Shown here in pieces: positions 14,433-28,150 of a stretch of 64,000 nt of DNA. Source of the stretch: Antedon mediterranea (Eukaryota; Animalia; Echinodermata); NCBI RefSeq assembly GCF_964355755.1, contig NC_092675.1, positions 21,238,912 through 21,302,911 of the forward strand. The letters are read 5' to 3'. Positions within the stretch are counted from its first letter, which is position 1. Every line of letters begins with the position of its first letter. Position numbers and translations under genes: made by a program. The notes beneath the pieces were generated by a model. It searched no databases. It saw only the letters and a program-made list of their open reading frames with translations, and was not told the DNA's origin.

Positions 14433-15911
14433 TTTGAACTGTACTGTTAATCTATTGTTAATTGTATACTGTATTTATGAATTATAAGCATTCTACAAAG
14501 GTATGAACAAGATATACTTTAATACATGAGAGGTCTGGGAGTCGGTGGTGCGTTGAATCCCCCACCCCCTTAACAGCCAAAATTAAATTATTAGTCTCTT
14601 CAAATAATTATAGTTTGAATGGACCATCTAGATGCTTAAATGCCTCTGATCATAAATTCGACTATTAGCAATCTTCTGTTCAGAAAGCCTGGTGAGCATA
14701 GGCATACTGCATCACTAAAGTTAGCCTAAGTCAAGCCGACTATAGGCCTAATTGGCCGAAAGTGGCCAAAAGGTCAATTACAGAATTACGGTAGAAAACT
14801 GAATTGCGTCAAATAATATCTATAGACAAATAACAAACAACTATAAAAATAGAAAATACTACGATACATACAAATCTAACAAAATTATTATTAAATGATG
14901 TTACTGTACCTTATTATGAAAGTCTGTGATATTTATTCTTACTGGTACAAGATGACCGTAGTAGACACAGACTTGAACTTTGTACATCACACGTGGCATA
15001 TCCATCAGATAATTTCAAATATACATAAAAGTGAAAGGTCGCAGAAGGTTTACCGTATAAGTACATAGTGTACGTCAATTTGTATAACCCCGGGTTTAAC
15101 ATTTCTATTGTTTAGGCCTATTTGATTCTTAAATATGTTTTACATGACGAAACAGTACATAACTTAGATACTGTTATTGAAAAAAAGTGAAAATGTCAGT
15201 ATTGAATTGTTAACCGTTTGTATATTATACAAATATAGTATTAATTATTTTGAAAGTATTGAAAAATAAAATCAACGGTACTTAGGCCTATTGCTTTATT
15301 TGACCTTGCGATACAAATAATGCTAAAAAGAAATAGACTAATGTGAAAGAAAGAATATTGAATTGTATTTCTTAAAAGTCATGCATATTTATGTGTTTTA
15401 AAGTTATTTTATCTTTTTTGTTATAACTTATATAGAAAATCTATATGTATAGTATAATAGTTTTATAGGTGACCGTACATTTTTAATCAAAATATGATGA
15501 ATGAATAAATGTGGGTTGCCACTTGCCAAACATTATTATTATTAAAGTTATTACAATTTTGTAATAATATTATCCTAAACCCTCGTCACTGATATTCCAA
15601 ACTTTTACCTACTCCAGTTATATTTCTTGAATTTTCTATATATTTACCATTTGACATTAAATGTCGTGCTGTTATAACGTCCCTCTATTTATAAATCATA
15701 TATTTAATAAAAAAAAAAAACCAGTATCATAATATCTAAAGATCTAATTTGTATAGAGTAAAACAATGTTGATATTATATAATATATTATTTCTTCTTCA
15801 CGTTCTATGATTTTAAATTACTGGACTGATTCATTATAATGATTTAGTCTAGTTGAATACGATACTTCGGCACACTAATATTTCGTCTCTTTTAAAAATG
15901 AGTTTAACTTG

Positions 15912-18900
15912 TTATTCAAAATCAAATACAAGGCCTGTTTCGTGAAGATTCTCTCTGATAACAGCATCAAACTTCTCATTTTGAGCCACAGTGAAGTGGT
16001 TCTTCCAGTCACCAATTTGACCTAAAAATAAACACATTGGATGCCAGTTTGTGAGGATTTGAGTAAAAAATAATATAAAAGAAACATTTTCCATACTTTA
16101 CTGTCTGTAGGCCTATTGTAGTTTTTACTGAATGATTTGGTTGTCGAAATGGTCGAACAATCCCCCAGAACAGAAGTAACCAGCTAGCTTGCTTGATTGT
16201 TTAAATATAATTACGAACCTTTTCTGATAAATGATGATTTCCCCATGGCTTTTGTTAGGAACACGCCATCTTTCACGTTCTTCTCAACATTGTCGTAAGT
16301 TTTCTTCATATTTTTTACTTCAGAGTGATGAACTACCTTGTCAAGTTCTTCATCCGTTAGAGTGCGCTGCAGATGATCGGCAAACTTAACAATCGATCCT
16401 CTTGGATCCTAAAAAGCAATTTTAAAATAATATTTATACTAAAATGTTAGCAATTTTCACTATATGTTTACGCTTTTTAACATTTATTCATGAAATCGTA
16501 AAAATAAAAGCATTTTGATTGAAATAAATAATGTATTTATGACATTTTTATGAAATTGTATTTCCATGTTTTTTCTGTAAGCATATTTTGTTGTATTTAT
16601 TTTCTATCTTAATTGTAGTATAAATATCAGCATCAGTTGGAACTCAACCGGTCGTATCTTTGTAATCTATATATAAATTTACGTAAGGGCAAAATTCGGT
16701 AAATCGCGCGTTATTTCTACAATGTTTACTCGATTGTATATAAAGTTGGTTCGTACTTTCGGTACTGATTTTAACCACCTGATGTAACCCTGTTTACTAA
16801 TTAAATTTAGTTCGATAATTAGTTATTGACAATTAAAACGAATTTAGGTTCAATGATTTGCCCCAAGTAGGGGTGTTTTTCAATCGTGGTATACACTGTC
16901 TAATGGACGTCCATCTTGAAAAATACCCGCAGACAATAATACGAGGATGCTTCGCATTTTCCTATCTCCTCCTACGATAATTGTTTTTAATGGCTGAAAA
17001 CTGGTTGAACAGCTCGAGTACAGCATCATAATGTTGAAGACAGGCCGATTTTCTTTAAAAAATACTATTTTGATAGATTTAATATACGTTTATACAAATG
17101 TATTGATTTGCGATGAATGGAACATTCCAAATTATTTGGTTTAACCATGCTTGCATACCTCCATGGTTTAACACAAGTAGGTAAATTTATGGGCCATTGG
17201 AGAATAAACATAAATAGTATTGTAATGCTATACAATACTGTAAATAGGTATTAACCACTTTAGATCGCCATTTGAATCGCAAATTTCTTATTGTGTGTGT
17301 TGGGACTGTTAGATATAATATAAACAAAAATACAAATAAACTTATTACTGTGAGTGTGGGTAGCCCCTAATTTTAGATTATAAACACATAATAATATAAT
17401 ACTTTATTACTTACAGTTGCTTCTCAACGTTTGTATTAATTAATAATTACAAAAAATATAAACGTCGTAGTGGTGTATCGTTACATGTACTTTACTATTT
17501 CAATCGACTATGACAGTGACAATTGTAACAGTTAATAAATCGGAAATGTTTTACTCTATTTAGTGGTATATTATTTATAGGCCTATAAAAAACATATTTC
17601 GTTACTTAGTGGATAATAAAGAAATATAAAGAATAATTTAATATAAAGAATATATTAAAAAATTGTTCCTCTTTGTATCTATCCTCATCCCAACCCTCAA
17701 CCCTAATGTTAGATACAAAACACAAATTGGGTTTGTATAAATAAGTCAAAATTTAACATTTTGACTCATTTTGTGACAAGTTTCTCTGTTGGAAGTAATT
17801 CGCAGGGTGCTAATTTTGGTACACTACATAAATCATTGTGTATATTTATTTGTTTCTGTAAACGACAATGTTTTTTAGTCATGCGGTACGTAAATTTGAA
17901 ATCGCCAGTTTTTTTACGCTGAAATTACATGTATTCGAGAACCATCTGTGGGCACGACCTAGATGGTACGCGAGCGAAGCGAGCGTACCATCTAGTTGTC
18001 TACAATTCATGTTGTCGGAAAGAACACGCCCTAAAGCGACAACCTAATCAATGGGGTGTGCATCAAATGTATACTGCAGACCCTGTTTGTATGTGTATTT
18101 AGGCATAGTTATGTACTTTGGGCAGTCTGTCATTGATTTTGTTCTGTAGTAGCCAACGTGCAGTATCCAATAGATAGTTTTAAAAAACAGTAAAGTTAGT
18201 TGACAGTTCTTTAAGGAAATGGTTGATTGAATATCAGAAAAAACTGTAGCTATTTGCATACCCTTTTCATATCTTCATACTTCATATACAAAAAGTTTGA
18301 ATCATGTCGATGTTTCCAGTATTCCAGAACATGGGTAAAAAATCCTCCCATCAGCACTGCAAGAAAACCCCAACATTATGATACAGTGGTTAGAACATAC
18401 AATGTATGTAGTTATGATGTTATTATGATGATAAAAGAAAGTTGTTGGCTAGAACTCAGATAGGCCTAAAGAAAAATACGTTTATCCTCACAATCTTCTT
18501 GTTTTATCCATTCGTCAACAAATGTACTCCAAGATTCATCCAGAGCCGACATACCAATTCCCTTTTTCGCATGATACAAGGATACTCCACAATCTTTAGG
18601 ATTTCGGGTGACGTATATCACCTGTGAGAGGAGTTTAGATTTAGAGTCTTTTATTACGGACTTTGAAGAAACAGGTCGTTGGCAGCACTTCTTATCACTA
18701 TCACGGCTTATGGGACGCCGTTTCATTGATATCTTCAAGTTGTTAATTTAAATGAATCGAGTTTAGTTTATGTTCTATAGGCCTAAGTTGTGAGACGAAA
18801 TTCGTACGGTATGCAAGAACAATGGATATTAAAGTGCCTACCTATAGTTATACCATGGAGTACTCGAGTATGTATATACCGAGTATACGAGTGCAGACAT

Positions 18901-21900
18901 AAACAAAATGTTTTGGCATAACCGCTTTTATTTCATCAATCATCAATTCATAAACAATATTGCATCATTATCAAATTGATCAATACTGTATTTTAGATAA
19001 TAATTGTTCACGGATATTAACTTAAAAACATAACTTGAAAATCAAATCGTACCTTAGGTTTCTTTGTAAACACTTGAGGAGGAAGTAAAGATTCGGGCAG
19101 ATGGGTGAGAATAACTCTACGAGCTTTCTTTGCTTCCATCTTTTTGTAAAAAGGTTCAAAAGATTTTATGTCAGTTTTGTCCTTTATGTAAGACATTTCC
19201 AGAGCAGCTTCCTGACAAGTACGGTCAATTTTGTCCGGATCACCACCAGTTAGAATTAAGTTGATAATTTCATTCGACCAGTGCGTACCTAACAAGAAGC
19301 CAAGAGAATTTACTTGTGATTTGTTTATGTGCAATACGTCACTATAGAAATTAATTGATCCAGCAGGACTTTACTAACCAATGTGGCAATACATTTTGAA
19401 AAGAAAAAAATTGTTATTTATAATATTGTGATGTATTAACTGAAGCTGTTATTTTACGGAAGCCCGTTCGGGCCACAAGTTAACTACATTTTAAAAGCCG
19501 AACGTAATGGTAAATGGGCCAAATAGAAATGCGCCGAATGCTGAAAGAGCCGAACGTAATGGTGAATGGGCCGAATAGAAATGCGCCCAATGCTAAAAGA
19601 GCCGAACGTAATGGTAAAAGAGCCGAATAGAATTAAAGTTTGCTGCCGGAGGCAGCGATGGCGTTCCATATGCAACATCGCCTCGGATCCAATGCACGTA
19701 CATGTCACGTGACGGGACATGTACTGATAATAATATAATACGCCAGATAATTAAGTGGCGGCCGCCAGATAATTAAGTGGCGGCCGCCAGATAATTAAGT
19801 GGCGCCCGCCAGATAATTAAGTGGCGGCCGCCAGATAATTAAGTGGCGGCCGCCAGATAATTAAGTGGCGGCCGCCAGATAATTAAGTGGCGGCCGCCAG
19901 ATAATTAAGTGGCGGCCGCCAGATAATTAAGTGGCGGCCGCCAGATAATTAAGTGGCGGCCGCCAGATAATTAAGTGGCGGCCGCCAGATAATTAAGTGG
20001 CGGCCGCAAGATAATTAAGTGGCGGCCGCCAGATAATTAAGTGGCGGCCGCCAGATAATTAAGTGGCGGCCGCCAGATAATTAAGTGGCGGCCGCCAGAT
20101 AACAGCTTTTAAGCTAAGCTTTATGTGTCGAGGTGTTCTCTCTGCAGCAGCAACGCTCTAGCCTCGATCTCTACAACGCTCTCTAGCCTCGATCTCTCCT
20201 ACATCTAGGAGTTCTTTGATCTAAGGCTAGAGAAGGGAAAGAAATAGTTTAGAGCATTTTAGCTCCCTGTTACTAGGCTAGGCATATAGGAAAACAAGGC
20301 TAAATTTATAGCCTTTTGACTCTATATATTATTTATTAATACTGTATTAAATATAATATAAATAAGAAGCCTCCTTTCCGACCTACCAATTATGAAGCAC
20401 AGGCTTCATAATTGGCCTAATAACTATAATCGTAGGAGCCTTTTTTTCCGATAGGACATGAAAACGTACCCCCTCCCCCCTCTCCATTTTCTATGATATT
20501 CTAATTTAAAACCAATTTTGTTTGTATTGATATTTGACATAGTGTTGAGAACTGATCGATTATGAAAATATAATGATGAATATCGATTCAGAACTTCTTA
20601 AAACAGAGGGCCGGGGGACATTCTTTCACAGGGTGGTTGAACATTTTAGATAGGCCATGAAAACGAACCCCCTCCAATTTCTATGATATTCTGATTTAAA
20701 ACCAAATTTTGTTTGTATTGATATTTGACATAGTGTTAAGAACTGATCGATTATGAAAAAATAATGATGAATATCGATTCAGAACTTCTTTAAACAGAGG
20801 GGGACATTCTTTCACAGGTGGGGTTGAAAATTTTAGATAGGCCATGAAAACAAACCCCCTCCAATTTCTATGATATTCTGATTTAAAACCAAATTTTGTT
20901 TGTATTGATATTTGACATAGTGTTAAGAACTGATCGATTATGGAAAAATAATGATGAATATCGATTCAGAACTTCTTTAAACAGACGGGGGACATACTTT
21001 CACAGGGGGGTTGAAAATTTTAGATAGGCCATGAAAACGAACCCCCCTCCAATTTCTATGATATTCTGATTTAAAACCAAATTTTGTTTGTATTGATATT
21101 TGACATATTGTTGAGAACTGATCGATTATGAAAAAAATAATGATGAAAATCGATTCAGAACTTCTTTAAACAGAGGGGAGACATTCTTTCACAGGGGGGT
21201 TGAACATTTTAGACAAGTAGGCCTACCTTATGGTTATATGCTGTGGAAACGAACCCCCTCCAATTTCTTAATTAAAACCATTTTGTTTGTATTTATATTT
21301 GACATAGTGTTGAGAACCGATTGATTATGAAAAAATGAAGCAGAACTTCTTCTTTGTAAAACAGAGGGAGACATTCTGAAAATTGTATTATTATTATATT
21401 GCGACATAAAAAAATAAAATTATGATTATAAAAAGGCCCTCGTAATATCCATGTTTATTTATTTTGTTATTTTTTAGGTAACTATGTGGTTCTGCTATAA
21501 GAGATGGTGGAGGGTCAGTCAAAAGAGAAAGGGGGTGGGTGGGGGGGGGGGGGGGTTGAAAGTTTTAGCTTAGCTAACATTTTCAACCTCCCCTCCAAGC
21601 CAGCGAAGATCAGTGAAGCGTGTAATCGTTGAATAAACATAAAAAATTCCCTTTTCGCGCATGCGTTGTTAAGGGGGGGGGGGGGGAGAGGTTGAGAATT
21701 ATGGGGGGGGGGGGTGGATTTCTTAGAACAACGGCTCTTTACATCGGGACCTACATTACCAATAAAGTCAATATCTTCTCCACTCTTGCTGCTTATCTAA
21801 TGTTTTGGTTGTAATCTTTGAAATTGTTTCTTTTCTAATATATACTTTGTGTTCACTAAATTGAATATAAAATGAACGTATCTTCCAATTATATCGTGAT

Positions 21901-22174
21901 AATTTGTAGGACCAGTATTGTAAAAGCAATGTTAAAGTTATAATGTTATTATTAGTACTGTATTAAACACCTTGTCACATACCAATTATGTAAAATGGAT
22001 TTATTTACCACACTTTGCGTAAGTCACTAAAAATATATCGTCAGGTCTGACTTCAAACGTTGCCATGGCATCCAAATTTCCAGGAGGAATCATCATCATA
22101 TGGAACTTAATGCCTTTGTAGTGATAGTACCCCTTCTGGAACTTTTCGGTTGAAAATTGTTCTGCGGCTGACAT
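15912..22174 (-). CDS. SULT: Cytosolic sulfotransferase paralog 3 (~308 aa, 6 exons)
   Basis: Exons 22174-22009, 19288-19053, 18621-18492, 18356-18262, 16408-16219, 16021-15912; 927 nt in frame; introns alignable to paralog 2 apart from insertions. Confidence 0.93.
16666..17995 (+). mobile_element. Non-autonomous Helitron (1.3 kb) in SULT paralog 3 intron
   Basis: 5' TCTATATATAAATTT; 3' hairpin ctagatggtacgc..gcgtaccatCTAG; inserted between A and T with no TSD; empty site visible in paralog 2 at ~12641 (tatctttttaa|ttgtctacaattcatg). Confidence 0.9.
19494..19632. repeat. ~51-bp tandem repeat, about 2.7 copies
   Basis: gccgaacgtaatggt(a/g)aatgggcc(g/a)aatagaaatgcgcc repeated. Confidence 0.8.
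19741..20102. repeat. 22-bp GC-rich minisatellite, 16 full copies
   Basis: Unit CGCCAGATAATTAAGTGGCGGC in tandem with only about two substitutions; no spacers. Confidence 0.97.
20450..21380. repeat. ~187-bp tandem repeat, about 5 copies
   Basis: gaaaacgaaccccctccaatttct-like anchor at ~20457, 20656, 20843, 21030, 21246. Confidence 0.9.
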
Positions 22175-23468
22175 TTTGAACTCTGTTAATCTATGGTTAA
22201 TTGTATATTTATGAATTATAAGCATTCTACAAGGATATACATAGGCCTATGATTTGAAATAGTGTACGACATGAAGAAGATATACTTCAACATATGAGAG
22301 ACCTGAGAGTTAGGAAGTATTGCATGCAGATAGGGAGGATTCGGGTCGGTGGTGCGCTACATCCCCAACCCTGTTTAACAGCCACAATTAAATTAATAAT
22401 CTAAACAATTCGACTATTAGCAATCTTCTGTTCAGAACACCTGGTGAGTATATGCCTACTGGCAATTGACCGACAGTGGCCAAAAGTTGGTAAATTACAG
22501 TAGCCTACTATTTATCTACTATAGCCTCCACACAAAGGAAATTATCAAATGATGTTACTGTACCTTATTACTGTGGAAGTCTGTGATATTTTTTCTAACT
22601 GGGTATGTTACAAGACGACCGTAGTAAACACAGACTTGAACTTTGTTCATCACATGTGGCATCAGATAATTTCTTGTAAATATACATAAAGTAAAAGGTC
22701 GTAGAAGGGTTATGCATACATTTTCCCGCCAATTTTAAAGCCACGGGCTTAACATTTCTATTGCTTTGGCCTCTATATGAAAAACTATCTTAAATTTGTT
22801 TTACATGACGAAACAGTTCGTAACTTGATAGATACTGTTATTGAAAGGTGAAAATTTCAATATTTAATTATAAATCTCATTGTTAACCGTTTGTATATTA
22901 TACAAATATAACATTAATTTTTTAGAAAGTATTAACAAAATTCAACAGTAGTTTGGAACTTGCTTGATTTAAAAAAAATGGACTAATGTGAAAGGAAAAA
23001 TAATGAATTTTATTTCGGAAAAGCTATGCATAAATGATTCTTAAGTTGTTAATCCTAATATAACATATAGAAAATCATAAGTATATTAGTTTTGTAGATG
23101 ACCGTACATTTCAAATAATGATTTTAATTAAAATATGATGAATAAATAAAAGTGGGTTGCCACTTGCCAAAAAAAGGCCATCTATATCCATATTTTTGAT
23201 TTAAACTAGTTATATTATTTACCATTTGACATTAAAAGTCGTACCATTATAACGTCCATCAAAAAGCTCTATTCATAAATGAATTATTTATTAAAAACAA
23301 GAGTCATAATATCTAATGGTCTAATTTGTATATAGTAAAACAATGTTGATATTTGTCACAATAGTATTACTTCTTTCCGTTCTATAATTTTAATATTTAT
23401 ATTGTAGGCCTACATTTATAAGCTGCAACGCTCTCTACTGAGCAGATTTATCATCCAAGCATGATGCA

Positions 23469-26040
23469 CTATTCAAAGTCAAATACTAGGCCCGTTCCAC
23501 GAAGATTCTCTCTGATCTTAGCATCAAACTGCTCATTTTGAGCCACAGTGAAGTGGTTCTTCCAGTCACCAATTTCACCTAAATATAAATAAATGTATTA
23601 ATAAGAATGTTTTCAGACAATAAAAATTTCTATTTGCAATTACACATGTCTATTTCCATTTAATTATTTTTTCTTCTTCTTTCGAACATTTTCTTTCGAC
23701 AAAAATCACTCTTATGCTATTCTTATCATATTCGAATTCAAGATCGAATAGCTGCAATTTTATTTAGATTTTATCTGAGTTTCGGTTTTTTCTTACCGAA
23801 AAAAGTAGAAGGTTAGGCAAAAAATCAGGGAATCATACTTATTGTGTTCGCAGAAAGGTTGACAAAATGAAATATGAATGCGCATGTGCATAAACCATTA
23901 TGATATCTCTATGCATAAACTAACGCTATCGATTCTCCTAATAATTCGCTGTGTGAAAATCAAGCTTTACCTTTTCGGATAAACGGTGCCTTTCCAAATA
24001 TTCTGGTGAGAAACACTCCTCCTGGTACATTCTTCTCAATGTCATCATACGTTTTTTTCATATTGTTCACCTCCGAGTGATGAACAACAAGTTTAAGTTT
24101 TTCGTCAGTTAGATTGCACTCCAGGTGATCGGCAAACCTGACAATCGACCCTCTAGGATCCTAGAAATAGCAATCATTCAGGAACATCAACTTTTTAAAA
24201 TTATATTCAAAAGTAGGAAAGATTGAGATTACAATCCTCATTAGAAACAATTAATAAGGATATACACTTTACCAAGAATTATAGAATGACGAATAGATTC
24301 TCCAATAGGCTTCCTTACATACCTTTTTCATATCTTCATACTTCATGAACAAAACGTTTAAATCATTCCGATGTTTCCAGAAATCCAAAACATGTTTGAA
24401 GTACCCTCCGTATGTTACTTAAAAAAAAATACATTGTAATAGCTTTAACTTTGTTTAGTTTTCAATATAAAATGTTATATGTAAACATTATATTTACATA
24501 CAATTTGTAACCACTGATCAAGATAACGTTAAAAGCATTCCGTGTAGACATCATTGTTTGCCCGAGAAAAGGTAAGTACGTTTGAATGTCATTATTCACA
24601 CCGGATAATAGTTTCATTAACAAGATCAGAGGTTATTTGATAAAATTCGGGCAGTATCAGTAATAGTGTCGAATACACTCCATATAGTGTTTTTCTGATT
24701 CCTTCAATTAGTTCCGCAATTCGGTTCATCGGATGAACAGCTGAACCACCACAAAATAACGACTGATATTAATGGTGTTCGGATGAATCGGTTAAAATAA
24801 AACGCGAAAGTGAATGTGCAGATTTCGAGTGTATAAACAAAATGTCATCGCTGACCCACACGATCAAATACTCGATAGTGTAAAAAGTAAAAATAATATG
24901 AAGTTTTTGCATGGAAAGATTATATAATATAGAAGTTTCTTACATTCCTCTTGTTTTGTCCATTCTTCGACAAATTCTTCCCATTCCGATGCAGCGCCCA
25001 TTTCCTTAAGCGCAGTGTAGATGGATACTCCACAATCCTTAGGATTTCTGGCTACATAAATCACCTAAGACGAATTTAAATAACGTAATTATTAATACTA
25101 CTGATCCAAGTGCATCACAAAAATATTTTGATAAGATTCCGAAAAGTTACAGTACGTGTATATAGCATAACTGCATATACTGACGATGCGTCCAATTTCC
25201 TTTTTTATGATTACTTTACGCATAAACTGGGGCAAAGATTAAAGAGAAACTAGGAAATGAATATGTGTCCGTGTTTTAAGACTATTCATCTTTGTTTACG
25301 ATAGTGCCACGCCTATCTAAAAAACATAATCTGTACATTATCATTCGGAAGTAATCATACAAGAATGAATTGAGTCAATTCCGGGAAACATGACTTGTAC
25401 TATGCATGTAAAACGTACGTTTTATCAGATGTTTATCATGTAATGAATTCAGATAGGCCTATATAATAACTTAATATCATAAATATTAAACAATCTACTT
25501 CCTTGCCTTGGGTTTCTTTGTAAACACTTGTGGAGGAAGAAAGGATTCTGGCAAGTGGCTGACAATAACCCTTCGATCAATCTTTGCTTCCAACTTTTTG
25601 TAAAAAGGTTCAAAAGATGTCATGTCAGTTTTGTCCTTTAGGTATGCCATTTCCAACGAAGATTCCATACAGGTACGGTCTATTTTGTCCGGATCACCAC
25701 CAGTCAAAATTAGGTTGGTAATTTCAAATAACCAGTGTATACCTTTAGAAATATATTCATTAAATTATGTGAGCTAAGCTAAATAAAAATAGGATTAAGT
25801 ATACCTTAACACTAACATTGTGGAAAAGTTTAAATCAGAAATCTACATTCAACTCAAAGCATCGACAAAATAAAATACTTTTATTTGTCAATAGATTGCC
25901 TTAAACAATTTACCACACTTGGGATAAGTCACCAAAAAGATGTCATCGGGTCTAACTTCAAACGTTGCCATGGCATCTAAGTTTCCAGGAGGAACCATCA
26001 TGCTGAACTTGACTCCTTTGTAGTTATGCTCTTGTTTCAT
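23469..26040 (-). CDS. SULT: Cytosolic sulfotransferase paralog 4 (~292 aa, 6 exons; GC-AG intron)
   Basis: Exons 26040-25914, 25742-25507, 25064-24944, 24417-24323, 24160-23971, 23578-23469; 879 nt in frame; PSB loop TYPKCGIHW; exon 2 donor is AAG|GCAAGG. Confidence 0.85.
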
Positions 26041-26177
26041 TTTGATCTTAAAAAAATACAATTTCAATCGTGTCAATTTTTTCATTACTTTGAAACTCTT
26101 TCGACCAGCCTTTAAATGCATATTTTACTGGTGAGGCTCAGCTAACATTCACCACGCTGCTGGTGATAACAGGTGTA

Positions 26178-28150
26178 AATTCAACTCAATTCAATTTCTT
26201 TTTATTTCGGAAATATCATCCATATTAATAAACTTATTAACAGAAAAAGAAAAATCTAAACTTAAGTATAAAGAATGCTTCTCCATCTACAATACATTTT
26301 GGAGTTATGGAGCATATGTTTGCAAACACAAGCAACAAGGATGTTATCACTATTCAACATACGTTGCATGAAACCATAGGTAGATTTTCGCATGTACTCA
26401 TTAAAGGAAGGGACACCATGTTCAATAAACATTGCACTGGCACTACTACTTCTACAGACATTAAGTATACGGCGCAGAGCATTATTGTAGCATACATTAA
26501 GAGATCTAATAGTCTTCATACGATAGTTACACCAAAGGGCTGCACAATACATATTAATACAGTAAGATCTAAAGAGACAACATTTAAAATTGGTAGAGCA
26601 TTTCATAAATTTACGATTGAGTGAGTTGCTTATAATACATAAAGACCTGTACTGACTTTGAATGTCGGCCTCATCACTGCAATCACACATAAGAATATGA
26701 CCAAGATAGGTACCTTTCTCAACATAAGCAAGTTTTTTACCAACAAGTTTAGTAATAGAATTACCTTCAAGTTTGCAAGTACGAGGACAGAAACGCATAC
26801 AAAAAGATTTCTTATCATTAAATAAAACATCATTCTCTTGCGAAAACTCTTCACAAACATGTACCAATTGCTGGAGACCAGCAACTGAGGGGGCAAGTAG
26901 AACAAGATCACCCGCATAACTAAGATGATTCAAGATAATGTTTCTACATTGGCAACCCTGACACAAACCACTTAGTCTACAATTTAGAGTACTAATATAT
27001 ATGTTATAAAGGAGAGGGGACATAACCCCACCCTGTCTAACTCCATTGGATACTGTAAATGGATTTGAAACAGAGTTTCCCCAACGTATCACAAAACTCT
27101 GCTTCTCATACCAACATTTGAGCAATTTAACAATACAAAGATTAATACCATTGTTAATGAGCTTATTATAAAGAGTCCAGTGATTGACTCGATCAAAATC
27201 CTTACTGGCATCTAGAAAGCAGGCAAAAACTGGACTACAATTTCTATTGTAGTAGTCAATTACATGTTTTAATACAAAGATACACGTATCAGTCGAGTGT
27301 TTCGCTTTAAATGCAAATTGGTAGTCATTGGATTCCAATGGGTTACCACAATGACTGATCAAAATGGATTCAAACACCTTAGATAATACAGACGCTAAAG
27401 CAATAGGTCTATAATTATTCTTATTAGTAGTATCACCTGATTTGCTCTTAACAATCGGCACTAGAATAACTTTAACAAGATCTTTAGTTACATGACCATG
27501 ACACAGCATAGCATTATAGCATAAACTCAGGATATTAAGTCGTTTACTACCATATTTAAGATGTTCACCACCCAAACCATCAAGTCCGGGTGATTTTCCT
27601 ACAGAAAGTTTATCAATGCAATTAGATACAAGATCATGAGTGACATTAATACCAATCTCAGGCGGACAGTATTCTAGAGTCTCCTCTACAAATGCTTTAT
27701 GAGTCGTGTTATCCACACAGTTAAACAAATTCTCACAATGCTTGGCCCAATGATTACATATGTTGTATTCACCACTAACATTATCAATAACTTCAGAGGT
27801 ATTAGCTCTAGTATCATTCGTATGCTTAACACCTTCCCAAAAACCTTGGTAGTCCCTATTACTGTAAGACTGAGCTAATTTATCAGCTCTCAGTTGTTGA
27901 TCATTCTGTTTACACGTGCGTAATGCCAACTTAAAACGAGAACGAGATATTTTCATAGAATGAAACAAGGGCCCATTCCTTGGTTTGCCGTTGTTAGTTC
28001 TCCATAATAAGAAGGCTTCACGAGCAACAGAATGCAGATCAGAAACATACTCATTCAAGCCCGGCACAATATTATATGACTTGGACCTAGTGGGCTTCAA
28101 ACATTCACTAGATGCACGTTTTAGGCAAGCAATAATATTGTTATACAGGT
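26178..28150 (-). mobile_element. 5'-truncated non-LTR retrotransposon (LINE); reverse transcriptase ORF 26262-28100
   Basis: 612-aa ORF with KSPGLDG, NYRPIAL, FLDASKDFDRV, GVRQGGVMSP, YAGD (YADD mutated), YLGH; (TTGAA)-like tail at 26178-26196; endonuclease domain absent. Confidence 0.92.

Noticed and set aside
19741-20102. CRISPR-like array of palindromic repeats
   Set aside because: Repeats are directly adjacent with no unique spacers; no cas genes; eukaryotic intron.
26262-28100. Possible domesticated host RT gene
   Set aside because: Truncated, degenerate catalytic motifs and a LINE-type tail; best explained as a decaying insertion.
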